From contig CBDDPZ010000009.1 in the NCBI GenBank assembly GCA_965232575.1, forward strand, positions 161,217 to 225,216: 64,000 bases of DNA. Direction: 5' to 3'. Positions 18,233 to 27,547 of the stretch are shown one piece after another. The notes below the pieces were generated by a model. That model was not told where the DNA came from and made no database searches. It saw nothing but the letters and a program-made list of their open reading frames with translations. The first letter of the stretch is position 1. Every line of letters begins with the position of its first letter. The translations under genes were made by a program, and so were the position numbers. Source of the DNA: Caldilineaceae bacterium. Lineage in GTDB: Bacteria > Chloroflexota > Anaerolineae > Caldilineales > Caldilineaceae.

Positions 18233-19960
18233 ATGATTCGAGACCAGATTCGGCAAATCGTCACAGATGCTATTGCCAACGCACAGTCGTCCGGCCATTT
18301 GCCCTCGATTGAGTTTCCTCCGATAGAGATTCAGCGCCCCAACCAACCTGAGCACGGCGACTACAGTTCCAACTTCGCTCTCCTCGCCTCTTCGGCTATA
18401 CGGAAGGCCTCCGGCCAGAAGGCGAATCCGCGCGAGCTCGCACAGTTAATCGTCGACAATATAGCAACTGGCGAACTCGTCGGCGGGGTCGAACTGGCCG
18501 GTCCTGGATTCATCAATTTTCGTCTTCGCGAGAGCTGGCTGCAGCAAAACGTGCTGTCAATTATCGAGCAAGGGACGGGTTTTGGCGCTATCGACAGGGG
18601 CAATGGGCTGAGATGGCAAGTCGAATATGTGAGTGCCAACCCCACGGGTCCGCTCCATTACGGGGGCGGCCGCAACGCTGTGCTTGGCGATACGCTTGCC
18701 AATGTATTGGAAGCGGCCGGTTACGACGTGCAACGTGAATTCTATGTCAACGACAGCGGAACACAGTTCCAGCTCTTTATTGAGAGCCTCTACGTTTGTT
18801 ACCTTCAACTCTGCGAAAAGCTGGACGGAATACCAGAGCGGAGACTGGAAGCGCCGGAAGGCGGTTACCAGGGGGCCTACCTGCACGATTACGCCAGTTT
18901 AGTCAGAGAACGAGAAGGAGACCGTCTCGCTCATTTGGAGCCAAACGAAGCGAAAGCCGCCTTGCGCAATATCGGGCGTGAAATCGTCTTGCACGACATC
19001 GAAGATGAACTATCATCAATGGGCGTTGCTTTTGACCGCTGGTTCAGCGAGAAGAGCCTGTATGATGAAGGGCTGGTAGACAATCTTCTGGATCAGCTTT
19101 CGGATAAGGGAGAGGTAATCAGGAGGGACGGGGCGCTTTGGTTTTTAGCCAGCAGCTACCCAGGCAACGAAAAGGACGAAGTGGTCGTGCGTTCCAACGG
19201 CGCGCCGACCTACTTCGCCAGCGACATTGCATATCATTATGACAAATTTGTCCGCCGAAAGTTTGACCGCGTAATCAATGTCTGGGCGGTGGACCACCAA
19301 GGGCATATACCTCGCATGGGTGCGGTGATGCGCGCTCTGGATCTGGATCCGGAACGACTGAAAATCCTTCTGTACAATCTGGTCAAGTTGATCCGCGATG
19401 GTCAGGAAGTGAAAATGAGCAAGCGCTCGGGCGATATTCTGACTGTGCGCGAGGTCGTGGAAGAGGTGGGCCCGGATGCAGTTCGATTCATGTTGCTCAC
19501 GACCAGCCCGGAACGCAGCATTGATTTCGATATGAGCCTGGCCGTTCAGCGCAAAAACGAGAATCGTGTCTATTATGTGCAGTACGGGCACGCCCGAATC
19601 TGTTCACTCTTGCAGAGGGCCGGGCAGAGTGGGCATCAGAACCCCGAGGAGATTCCCGAAGACGCTGCTGAGATCGTTACTCTCCTGACGGACCCGGCGG
19701 AGTTGACTCTTATTCGACGCATGTTGGAAATGGAAGAACAGATCGAGCTGGCTGTCGATCGGCTGTCGCCGCACAACCTCACATACTATGCCGAAGACCT
19801 GACAAAAACGTTCAGCGTTTTCTATGAGAACTGCCAGGTCCTGCACTCTGACGTGCCCCAGAAACTGGCTCGGGCGAGGCTGCTGCTGGTCTTGGCTGCG
19901 AGGACAGCTCTGTCCAGGGTACTGAATCTCATGGGCATGAGCGCACCGGAGGAGATGTAA
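18233..19960 (+). CDS. argS: arginine--tRNA ligase
   Basis: 575 aa. ..VSANPTGPLHYGGGRNAVLGD.. (HIGH-type) and ..VKMSKRSGD.. (KMSKS-type). The C-terminal anticodon-binding helices end in ..GMSAPEEM. Confidence 0.97.
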   Translation: MIRDQIRQIVTDAIANAQSSGHLPSIEFPPIEIQRPNQPEHGDYSSNFALLASSAIRKASGQKANPRELAQLIVDNIATGELVGGVELAGPGFINFRLRESWLQQNVLSIIEQGTGFGAIDRGNGLRWQVEYVSANPTGPLHYGGGRNAVLGDTLANVLEAAGYDVQREFYVNDSGTQFQLFIESLYVCYLQLCEKLDGIPERRLEAPEGGYQGAYLHDYASLVREREGDRLAHLEPNEAKAALRNIGREIVLHDIEDELSSMGVAFDRWFSEKSLYDEGLVDNLLDQLSDKGEVIRRDGALWFLASSYPGNEKDEVVVRSNGAPTYFASDIAYHYDKFVRRKFDRVINVWAVDHQGHIPRMGAVMRALDLDPERLKILLYNLVKLIRDGQEVKMSKRSGDILTVREVVEEVGPDAVRFMLLTTSPERSIDFDMSLAVQRKNENRVYYVQYGHARICSLLQRAGQSGHQNPEEIPEDAAEIVTLLTDPAELTLIRRMLEMEEQIELAVDRLSPHNLTYYAEDLTKTFSVFYENCQVLHSDVPQKLARARLLLVLAARTALSRVLNLMGMSAPEEM

Positions 19961-20093
19961 GCATCTCGTCCAATGTATGGCGTTTGCCCAATTGGTCGGC
20001 GCGAACGGCCTGACAGAAAGCGAATTGTATTTTCCTCCTGTTCGATAGGCGTACATCGACGAGGGCCTGCCGACTCAATCAGAGAAAGTCGTA

Positions 20094-21695
20094 ATGTCCA
20101 AGAGTCTCAAAGTATTGGTGAGCGACAAGCTTTCACAGAGAGGTTTGCAACCCCTCGCGGACGCCGACGGCATTTCGGTTGACATATGCACAGAGCTGTC
20201 ACCGGAAGAACTGGTCTCCCGAATCTCCGACTACCATGCACTCCTTGTTCGCAGCAGCACACAGGTCACGGCCGATCTAATAGGAGCCGGAAAGCGGCTC
20301 CAGGCGATCGGACGAGCCGGCACCGGCGTGGATAACATCGACGTGGAGGCCGCGACACGGGCCGGTGTGACAGTCGTTAACACGCCAACCGGCAATACAG
20401 TCGCCGCCGCTGAACATACGATCGCCATGTTGATGGCATTGGCCCGAAATATCCCTCAGGCCGATCGAAACGTGCGCGCGAAACAGTGGGAGCGGAGCGC
20501 TTTCGTCGGTACGGAAGTCAGGGGCAAAGCACTTGGTATCGTTGGGCTAGGTCGAATAGCCCAGGAAGTGGTCCAATTTGCCCTTTCGCTGGGAATGAGG
20601 GTATTCGCCTACGACCCGTTCGTCAGCCAGGAGTACGCTTCGCAGAGAAATGTAACGCTAATTGCTCTTGACGAGATGTTACCGCTTGTGGACTTTCTCA
20701 CCGTGCATGTGCCTCTCACCGATGCTACGCGCAACATCATTGACGCGAACAGGCTGAAGCAGTTGAAACAAGGCGCTCGCGTTCTGAATGTCGCCCGCGG
20801 CGGAATTATCGACGAAGAGGCGCTCGCTGCTGCGGTCACCTGCGGTCACCTCGGAGGCGCTGCACTGGACGTATTTGAGACCGAACCCCTGCCAGAAGAC
20901 AGCCCCCTGAGAAACAACGACAGGATCATTCTCACGCCTCATCTGGGCGCAAGTACGGTCGAAGCGATGGACCGAGTAGCGGAGGATATTGCAGTACAGG
21001 TGATGGACATTTTGCATGGGAGGCCGGCCCTCTACGCAGTCAATGCGCCTATTCTTCCGCCTACTGCACTGAACACAATCATCCCATACATAGATCTAGC
21101 GGAACGAATGGGACGTTTTTTGCGTCAAATGGACGAAGAGGGAATCAAAAGGCTGGAGATTACAGGCCACGGCCCCGTAACCGCTATTGATATGGCGTAT
21201 GTCGTGGCATCCGCAATTCGCGGCGTGTTATCGGATATCGTGGAAGAACGGGTAAACCTTGTAAACGCTGAACTGATGGCCCGCAGTCGAGGCATCGAGA
21301 TCGTTCAACGCAAGATGCCGAAACACGAACGTTATGAGAATATGATTACGCTGCGACTCACTAGCGCCGGCGGGACGAATTCTGTGCTGGGAACGGTTCT
21401 ATTGGACGAACTGAAATTTGTGGCCGTTAACGATCTGTGGGTGGAGTTTCCTGCTGCGGGGAATCTTCTGCTAGCATCGCATACGGATCGACCTGGAATG
21501 ATCGGCAAAGTCGGTACACTCCTGGGCCGTTCCGACGTGAACATCAGCTTTATGCACGTAGGGCGCCGAGCACCGCGCGGAGAATCGATTATGGTGTTGG
21601 GCACTGACGAGCAGACGCCGGCCAAGGTTCTGAAGAAACTGGCCAATATTCAGGACATTCGCTGGCTGAAGGCTGTCGAGTTACGCGAATCGTAA
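20094..21695 (+). CDS. serA: D-3-phosphoglycerate dehydrogenase (long form with ASB + ACT domains)
   Basis: 533 aa. ..GRAGTGVDNIDV.., NAD fold ..LGIVGLGRIAQEV.., ..ARGGIIDEEAL..GAALDVFETEP.., ..HLGAST... C-terminal ACT block: ..LLLASHTDRPGMIGKVGTLLG... Confidence 0.95.
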   Translation: MSKSLKVLVSDKLSQRGLQPLADADGISVDICTELSPEELVSRISDYHALLVRSSTQVTADLIGAGKRLQAIGRAGTGVDNIDVEAATRAGVTVVNTPTGNTVAAAEHTIAMLMALARNIPQADRNVRAKQWERSAFVGTEVRGKALGIVGLGRIAQEVVQFALSLGMRVFAYDPFVSQEYASQRNVTLIALDEMLPLVDFLTVHVPLTDATRNIIDANRLKQLKQGARVLNVARGGIIDEEALAAAVTCGHLGGAALDVFETEPLPEDSPLRNNDRIILTPHLGASTVEAMDRVAEDIAVQVMDILHGRPALYAVNAPILPPTALNTIIPYIDLAERMGRFLRQMDEEGIKRLEITGHGPVTAIDMAYVVASAIRGVLSDIVEERVNLVNAELMARSRGIEIVQRKMPKHERYENMITLRLTSAGGTNSVLGTVLLDELKFVAVNDLWVEFPAAGNLLLASHTDRPGMIGKVGTLLGRSDVNISFMHVGRRAPRGESIMVLGTDEQTPAKVLKKLANIQDIRWLKAVELRES

Positions 21696-22606
21696 TGAGT
21701 AAAGACGCAAACTCGGAGAGTCGTTTCGGAATCAAGACAGGGCACCATTGCAAAGAGCGGAGCATCAACTCCTCCGGTCGCTGCCCTGGGACGGTTTCCT
21801 ACAATGTGGTTCGGAACGCAACTGCTGCCGGAGCGCCGGCGACCGGCAAGTGCCATCGAACTGGGCCCGCGCAAAACTTTTCCCTAGGCCTGCTTGTGAT
21901 GGCACTCCTCTGGTTGGGCCCTATCCTTGCTTGCGGCAGCTTTCAACCGCGGCCGACTCCCACCAGGGAACCTTCGGTCGCAGCTCCTGCCATCGAAACT
22001 CCCGTACCAGATCAACCAACACCGACATCTCCTCCGACGACAGCGCCAAGTCCGACTGAAACAGCGATTCCGTCTCCTACTCCGACAATAGTCGTTCGGA
22101 ATCCACTGACCATCGGTGAACCTGCGCGGATTACCGTTATTGGGGGACTGAATGTTCGGGAGCAGCCCACGGTCAGATCTCCGGCCGTAACGCTTTTGGC
22201 CCAGGGCAAGCGGATCTTGGTCTTGGAAGGCCCCGTAAGTTCTGATGGATATACTTGGTGGAAGGTTGATGACAATCAGGGCACTGTCGGCTGGGTGGCC
22301 GGGGGCCAGGGACTAGAAGACTGGATCTCTCCACAAGTGGGTGACGCTCGTCCTGTCGACCGGTCGCCTATCATCGGCGATCGGGTTATCGTAACACTCA
22401 ATGGTGAGTTGACGGTGCGCGCCCTGCCTGGAGTAGGTTCGACGATCGTGGCCCGCGCAGGGACAAATGAGACGTTGACAGTAGTAGCAGGCCCTCAAGC
22501 CGCGGACGGATATTTCTGGTACCAGATTCGTTCAGACGATGGTCAGGTGGAAGGTTGGGCAGCCGATGGCCGCGAGGACGAGCGCTGGCTTAGTCCGTTA
22601 GAGTAG
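21695..22606 (+). CDS. secreted/membrane-anchored protein with two bacterial SH3 domains
   Basis: ORF track. P/T-rich linker, then two SH3b-like units (..GLNVREQPTVRS..DGYTWWKVDDNQGTVGWVA.. and ..LTVRALPGVGS..DGYFWYQIRSDDGQVEGWAA..). Start uncertain. ATG 21695 overlaps the serA stop (TAATG). Alternative starts at GTG 21896 or ATG 21899 give a short lipoprotein-like leader, MALLWLGPILAC. Confidence 0.75.
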   Translation: MSKDANSESRFGIKTGHHCKERSINSSGRCPGTVSYNVVRNATAAGAPATGKCHRTGPAQNFSLGLLVMALLWLGPILACGSFQPRPTPTREPSVAAPAIETPVPDQPTPTSPPTTAPSPTETAIPSPTPTIVVRNPLTIGEPARITVIGGLNVREQPTVRSPAVTLLAQGKRILVLEGPVSSDGYTWWKVDDNQGTVGWVAGGQGLEDWISPQVGDARPVDRSPIIGDRVIVTLNGELTVRALPGVGSTIVARAGTNETLTVVAGPQAADGYFWYQIRSDDGQVEGWAADGREDERWLSPLE

Positions 22607-22608
22607 AC

Positions 22609-22633
22609 AGACGCCTGACTCCTCTAGGCGTCT
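22609..22633. terminator. hairpin between convergent genes (possible terminator, no U-tract)
   Basis: 8-bp stem (agacgcct / aggcgtct) with a 9-nt loop, 3 nt after the SH3b stop. No T-run on either strand. Confidence 0.3.
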
Positions 22634-22731
22634 CAAATCAGACAATACGCGGTTGTTCAAGGATCGTATCGGTACTCTCCTCGTGCGCACGCAGGGAGAG
22701 AATTACCCAGTCCAGGGAAAAGAAGCGGCCT

Positions 22732-23949
22732 CTATCCCAGCCTCCTCAGGGCGGATTCAAGAATCAACACGGCTTGCCAGTACTCGTTCAGGCTGACGTG
22801 CTCGTTGGGCGTATGGTCCAAATTGCTGTCACCTGGGCCGTAAGCCACGATCGGACACTGCCAAGCCGGCCCCACGACGTTCATATCGCTGGTCCCGCTC
22901 TTGCTTACAAAACGGGGTCGTTCGGAGGTCTGTTCGCGAATGGCAGCCAGAAAACTGCGTACGAGCGGACTATTGCGGCTACTTCGCCATGCCGGTTCGT
23001 ACCCGTGGAAGCGGAAATCCATGCGAAGCTCTTCGTCGCCAAAGTGGAGTTTCTGGGGGGAAGCATCGGCACCTCTAACAGAGGGTGGTTCCGGCGGAGG
23101 GTCATTTTCATTGACGCGCTCTTCAGCCCATCGCCACATTTCGTTCAGGAACGCGTCAACGTCAAACTCAAGCGGCAGACGTATGCCTATCTTGGTCCAC
23201 ACAAGATCCCGCATCGATTCGTCGGTCCATGTGCGCAGTTCACGCAGGCTGGGCCGCAGCTGGTCGAAGGTCTTTGGCCTGTCGCGATTGAAGCTATCCA
23301 CATACTCGCCAATCCAGTTCCACAAGTCTACCGCTGTCGTAGCAACACCCGGATTAGGACCGGCAGAGTGCATCATGGGCTGGTCTGCCTTCATTTCCAG
23401 CAGAATGCGCCCCATGTAGGAGAGTGTGATACGGGTCGTGCCGCTTGGCTCGCCGATGACACAAAAGTTGGGCGTCGGTTCCTGGCGGCCGTCAAAGCGG
23501 TCGCGGATAAATCGGGCGCCCTTGCTTGTCGCCGCCTCTTCCTCTACAGCGCCAACAACGACCAGTCTAAGATCGTTTCGGTGAGCCCAATCCGACCCCA
23601 GGCGAGCGACGGCAACCGCGAACGACGCCAAAGGCCCTTTGGCGTCGACGGTGCCTCGTCCAAAGAGGACCGGTCCATCTTTGCCTTTCTCCACACGCAC
23701 GGGGATGTCACCGAAAACAGTGTCGATGTGTCCGAGCAGAATTATTGTCTGCCCGGCATCGATCGTGCCCATTTCACCGACCGCGTTTCCAACGGCATCG
23801 ACCTCGTACCTGTCGTAACCAATGGAACGCATTGCTTCGGTCAGATACGAACTGGCTTTCAGTTCGTTGCCACTGAAGGACGGGATCTCTACTAAGCGGG
23901 TCAGCAAACGTTCGGCTTCAGCTCGGGAGAGTTCAGACATTTCCACCAC
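22732..23949 (-). CDS. M20 family metallopeptidase/deacylase (ArgE/DapE/LysK-like)
   Basis: ..IILLGHIDTV.., ..FGRGTVDAKGPLASF.., ..VVGAVEEEAATSKG.., ..GTSDMNV... Start GTG 23949 or ATG 23940. Confidence 0.9.
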   Translation of the reverse strand: MVEMSELSRAEAERLLTRLVEIPSFSGNELKASSYLTEAMRSIGYDRYEVDAVGNAVGEMGTIDAGQTIILLGHIDTVFGDIPVRVEKGKDGPVLFGRGTVDAKGPLASFAVAVARLGSDWAHRNDLRLVVVGAVEEEAATSKGARFIRDRFDGRQEPTPNFCVIGEPSGTTRITLSYMGRILLEMKADQPMMHSAGPNPGVATTAVDLWNWIGEYVDSFNRDRPKTFDQLRPSLRELRTWTDESMRDLVWTKIGIRLPLEFDVDAFLNEMWRWAEERVNENDPPPEPPSVRGADASPQKLHFGDEELRMDFRFHGYEPAWRSSRNSPLVRSFLAAIREQTSERPRFVSKSGTSDMNVVGPAWQCPIVAYGPGDSNLDHTPNEHVSLNEYWQAVLILESALRRLG

Positions 23950-23976
23950 AGCAAAAGGTCGACTTTTCTGAGGGTA

Positions 23977-24897
23977 TCAGCTCTCTAGGTCGTCCAACAG
24001 GTCACCCAACTCCCTCTCCCAAACATCGTCCAGGGGCATAAAGGGATTTTCCGTGAATTCGTCTTCCAGCTTCTGCAGGTATGCGTGTACATCGAGCTGG
24101 GGTGCCTGGCGGGAAAGTTCTTCCATCTGTTCCTCCATTGAGGAGATCAGCTCGTCACTCTGGATTCGCAATTCCGACAGATCCATTCCCAGATGAAACA
24201 TGAAGTCTGCTCTACGCATTATGTCGTACCAGGCCTTGACGTCGTCTTCGATGCGGACACTTTGTGCCGGCAGCATCACCTGTCCAAAGTCGTAGGCCGG
24301 GACGAATCCGTGGAAGCAGATGTATTCCTTGTTGCGCTGTCCGGCATGGTAAGCGAGATAGGAGCCGATCGTTGTGCCGCCTTCGTAGTTGGAGAATCGG
24401 ACGGCATACTCTTCCATCTCCTTGCGCATTTCTTCCAGACTGAATACGCAGGAAATATCGCGGTCCTTGTTGAAGGGCATAGCGCCGTAAACGCCGCCAA
24501 CAGCCACGACTCGTTTGACGCCCAGTTCTTCGACGATATCAAAAAAGGCGTCGGCATACTCTTCTTCATTGACATGCGGTTCCTCACCAAGAAAAATGAA
24601 GAGCCCCTTGCCTCCGATCTCGGTGAAATAGAGCTCTGTCTTGATGACACGCATCTCCTGAACGACGCCTTCCTTCGTGTGGACCTCCGGTCTCAGAAGG
24701 TGATGTGCGCCAGGCATTTGAAACAGGAAGAACTTGTCGCGGCTTATTTCTCCAATTTTGCGCGTATCCAGCTTCTCAATCAGGTAGGCGGGGAGGCCGG
24801 ACGAGATCGAGCCGGCGTCCGCCCACTGGTGCCAACCGGCAATCATCACCATCTCACTAGCGGTCGGGGTCTCCCACAAATGTACTCGCTCGTCCAT
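23977..24897 (-). CDS. PAC2 (proteasome assembly chaperone 2-like) family protein
   Basis: ..MVMIAGWHQWADAGSISSGLPAYLIEKL.. and ..GLFIFLGEEPHVNEEEYADAFFDIVEELGVKRVVAVGGVYGAMP.. resemble bacterial/archaeal PAC2 family proteins. GAGGT SD 6 nt upstream. Confidence 0.8.
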   Translation of the reverse strand: MDERVHLWETPTASEMVMIAGWHQWADAGSISSGLPAYLIEKLDTRKIGEISRDKFFLFQMPGAHHLLRPEVHTKEGVVQEMRVIKTELYFTEIGGKGLFIFLGEEPHVNEEEYADAFFDIVEELGVKRVVAVGGVYGAMPFNKDRDISCVFSLEEMRKEMEEYAVRFSNYEGGTTIGSYLAYHAGQRNKEYICFHGFVPAYDFGQVMLPAQSVRIEDDVKAWYDIMRRADFMFHLGMDLSELRIQSDELISSMEEQMEELSRQAPQLDVHAYLQKLEDEFTENPFMPLDDVWERELGDLLDDLES

Positions 24898-24942
24898 GTC
24901 TTTACCTCAATTTCGCTAGATTTGAACTGCGGCGGCGGCGGG

Positions 24943-25827
24943 TCAAGGGCGCTGCATACGAAAGACAATCACGGGCGGTATCTCGCTGAAATTCGGCCCC
25001 CAGCTGACATCCCGTCTTCCAGGAGGGTGAGTGGCAGGAAATGCTTTTTCCTCAATGCCACTCAAAACAAAACCTGCCTCTAGTCCTATGCTCAATAAAG
25101 AATAAAGAGGCCTGTGGAAGTACGGCTGAGGCACAGGCTGTCCGGCGAGAGCACGACCCCTGTGCATGGTCGGCGTCATATAGCCGCTTACGCGCACGCC
25201 ATATGTCGTGACTTCCTCTCCGTCGAGTTCTGCCCTCTCGCAGAAGAGAGAGGAGTGGGCCTGATTGAAGCAGGGGTGCATCATTGAGAAAACGAAGATG
25301 CCTCCCGGCTTTAGCAACCTGAACAAGGTGCGGAACAAGGGCTCGATTTCGGCCATGTCAAACAGGGCCATGTTGGACAGCGCGGAATCAAGCTTCTCCT
25401 CGCAGATTTTCGCAATTCCCTCTTCGTCGTTTGCGTCCAATACGTAATATCGAATATCACCGTCGTCGGCAGTACTCCGCTTTCTGGCAAACCGGATCAT
25501 CTCCTCGGCGACGTCGAACGCAACAACACGGGCGCCCAGGCGCCCCAGCCTTCTACTTGTCAGTCCGTTGCCGCAGGCAATGTCCAGCACTAAGTGTCCT
25601 GGCTGAATGGAAAGTAATTCTTCAATGGCGGGCCAACATAGGACATTGACGAAATCGTTGCCTTCTCCCATGTAACTGTCCCAATAGGCGGAGTTGTGGT
25701 TCCAAACCCGTTTTACTTCCTGCGTATATTCGGAAAAGGAAGTCGCGGATTGTGCTGGAGGCCCTACGAGATTCTCTCGCCCGGCTGACGGCGTGTTGTT
25801 TTCGGCCTCCCCACTCATTTGGGTCAT
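24943..25827 (-). CDS. class I SAM-dependent methyltransferase
   Basis: SAM motif I: ..HLVLDIACGNGLTSRRLGRLGARVVAFDVAEEM... ORF track 24943..25920. I prefer ATG 25827 (MTQMSGE..) because AGGAG lies 7 nt upstream. Confidence 0.85.
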   Translation of the reverse strand: MTQMSGEAENNTPSAGRENLVGPPAQSATSFSEYTQEVKRVWNHNSAYWDSYMGEGNDFVNVLCWPAIEELLSIQPGHLVLDIACGNGLTSRRLGRLGARVVAFDVAEEMIRFARKRSTADDGDIRYYVLDANDEEGIAKICEEKLDSALSNMALFDMAEIEPLFRTLFRLLKPGGIFVFSMMHPCFNQAHSSLFCERAELDGEEVTTYGVRVSGYMTPTMHRGRALAGQPVPQPYFHRPLYSLLSIGLEAGFVLSGIEEKAFPATHPPGRRDVSWGPNFSEIPPVIVFRMQRP

Positions 25828-26046
25828 CGGCCCGCTCCTGTTCAGACACTTTGGGAAAACGACCTGTTTCATGGAACCGACACTAGGACACAGAGCTAGA
25901 CTCGGCACATTGTACCACAAAGGCGTGAGGGCAGGACATAGCTTGTCACAAGGTCACAAGGAGTAAGAGCCAACGTCGGCGGCGATAAGGCGACTCAATG
26001 CAGGCTGGCGACCGAAGATGAACGAATACGCAGGATATAGGAGTCG

Positions 26047-26934
26047 CTATTCTGCCAGGTCCGTCAGGTCAAAGACAGGGCCATGAACGCAGGCGCGTGT
26101 AGAGCCACCGCGTGATGTCGGGACAGTACATACCAGGCAGGCGCCGACACCGCACAGCAGGTCTGTGTTGACCAGAATCTGTGCGAAATTCTTGTCAACT
26201 CGGAACCGTGCATTCCTGAAAACGGTTAGGAGTTGACTGTACGATTCGGGGGGAACTCCTGCACAGACCTGGTCAGCCCAACCCGCGGTACTGCCAATCT
26301 GCTTGAGCCACTGGCTTTCGGCCAAAGTGGTCTGGACTTCAACCTGTACAGGCAGGAAAGGGACCAGGCCGGCAACCGACTCTTCGCTCCTGGTTCTGAT
26401 GAGGACAGTCACCCTGCCGCCCTTGTCCAACGCCTGCTCGCACAACGGGAGTAACTTCCAGAACCAGGCAGGGTCATCCTCAATGTCAACCAGGAGGAGC
26501 AGGTTTTGCAGCTCGGGTTGCAGCGTAAAGCCGTTGCCAAATGGTCCATAGAGGTTGAGAAGGTCTCCGGAGGACCGCTTCGCCAGCCAAGCCGAGCCCG
26601 CATCGGCAGCACACTGGCTGGCTGCAGCACTCGAATCTGGGTGACCGTCCTTGCCATTGCTGCCTACGGGAAGATAAAACTGCCAGCGGTCATTCTGGTC
26701 GACCGCCTGGCGGCCGCAAACAAAGAGAGGGCGGCGAAGAAGGACCGACCAGTCGCCGCCCCTTCCAATCCCAACCGAGCTGCTGCACCGTACAAGAAAA
26801 TAACGGCCGCTAACGGTCTGAAATTGAGGTATTAGATTGGCTGGGAGGCGAACTGTGAATGTTTGACCCGGCCGGACCGAACTATCGACCTGACCCACAA
26901 CCGGGGGAAGGGGCTCCCAAATGGCATCGGTCAC
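26047..26934 (-). CDS. PyrK-like (dihydroorotate dehydrogenase electron-transfer subunit-like) protein with degenerate flavin/NAD motifs
   Basis: Aligns by eye to PyrK at ..LLRRPLFV.. (PyrK RRPISI), ..LYGPFGNGF.. and the C-terminal 2Fe-2S motif ..LLCGVGACLVCTV..RACVHGPVF... The GGGxGxxP nucleotide loop is replaced by ..LLLLVDIEDDPAWFW... Confidence 0.7.
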   Translation of the reverse strand: MTDAIWEPLPPVVGQVDSSVRPGQTFTVRLPANLIPQFQTVSGRYFLVRCSSSVGIGRGGDWSVLLRRPLFVCGRQAVDQNDRWQFYLPVGSNGKDGHPDSSAAASQCAADAGSAWLAKRSSGDLLNLYGPFGNGFTLQPELQNLLLLVDIEDDPAWFWKLLPLCEQALDKGGRVTVLIRTRSEESVAGLVPFLPVQVEVQTTLAESQWLKQIGSTAGWADQVCAGVPPESYSQLLTVFRNARFRVDKNFAQILVNTDLLCGVGACLVCTVPTSRGGSTRACVHGPVFDLTDLAE

Positions 26935-26988
26935 AGCAGATTGTGATTCGCTGGTGTGAACACGGGCACATGCCAGCTACTCGCCATT

Positions 26989-27195
26989 TCACTGATCGTG
27001 ATTTTCGTCGAAGCTGGGCGGCACCGGTTGCGGCTCATGAGAGGTTCGATGGCCGTCCTTGGATCTTTGGGGACGGGAGCGTTCCTTCCTGGGAAATGGG
27101 CGCCGTTTCACCAGGGGGCCGGGCTCGATGATTGCCAAGATTACAACAAGAACGATTCCTCCTACTGCCAGAATCGCCAGGAATTGCCATAGCAC
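26989..27195 (-). CDS. small single-pass membrane protein (68 aa), hypothetical
   Basis: GTG start with AAGGGA 8 nt upstream. TM helix LWQFLAILAVGGIVLVVILAII, then a basic/Pro-rich tail. Ends 55 nt upstream of the PyrK-like gene. Confidence 0.35.
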   Translation of the reverse strand: MLWQFLAILAVGGIVLVVILAIIEPGPLVKRRPFPRKERSRPQRSKDGHRTSHEPQPVPPSFDENHDQ

Positions 27196-27547
27196 GACAG
27201 AAGTCCCTTTATGGTCAAGTCGACGAATTGGGAGGTGTTGAACCAGGTCAACAAGCTAAGTCAACATGCATTCGGCCAGCTAATTGCAATGTGGTCCGCA
27301 CAGGAGTTGGACCGATCGCATTCCAGTTCCTGGATGCATCTTAACTTTGTGGTACAATCTGTTCAGTCTCGCCCGGGCGAGCAGTACCGGGCAACCGCAC
27401 CAGGGGCCAAGACGTTGTAACAACTCCATTTCGGGCCGATCTGGTAGACTCCAATTTGGCTTGACCGGCCTGCGCCACCCGCGTCAATTCTCACACAGCT
27501 TCAGGAATCAGCCAACCTTTGACGCGGTCATTGAGACAACCTGAAAC

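Noticed and set aside
20831-20850. Exact 10-nt tandem repeat (gcggtcacct x2) inside serA, which could have signalled a frameshifting duplication.
   Set aside because: The reading frame stays open, and the encoded ..ALAAAVTCGHLGGAALDVFETEP.. matches the conserved dehydrogenase block. It is therefore a coincidental repeat, not an insertion.
22774-25083. Near full-length antisense ORFs opposite the M20 peptidase (22774..23895, 373 aa) and the PAC2 gene (24193..25083, 296 aa). A similar ORF at 54646..55476 lies opposite the Gfo/Idh/MocA gene.
   Set aside because: They have no SD, skewed composition and no recognisable motifs. The sense-strand genes have clear family signatures. Long antisense ORFs are expected by chance at this GC content.
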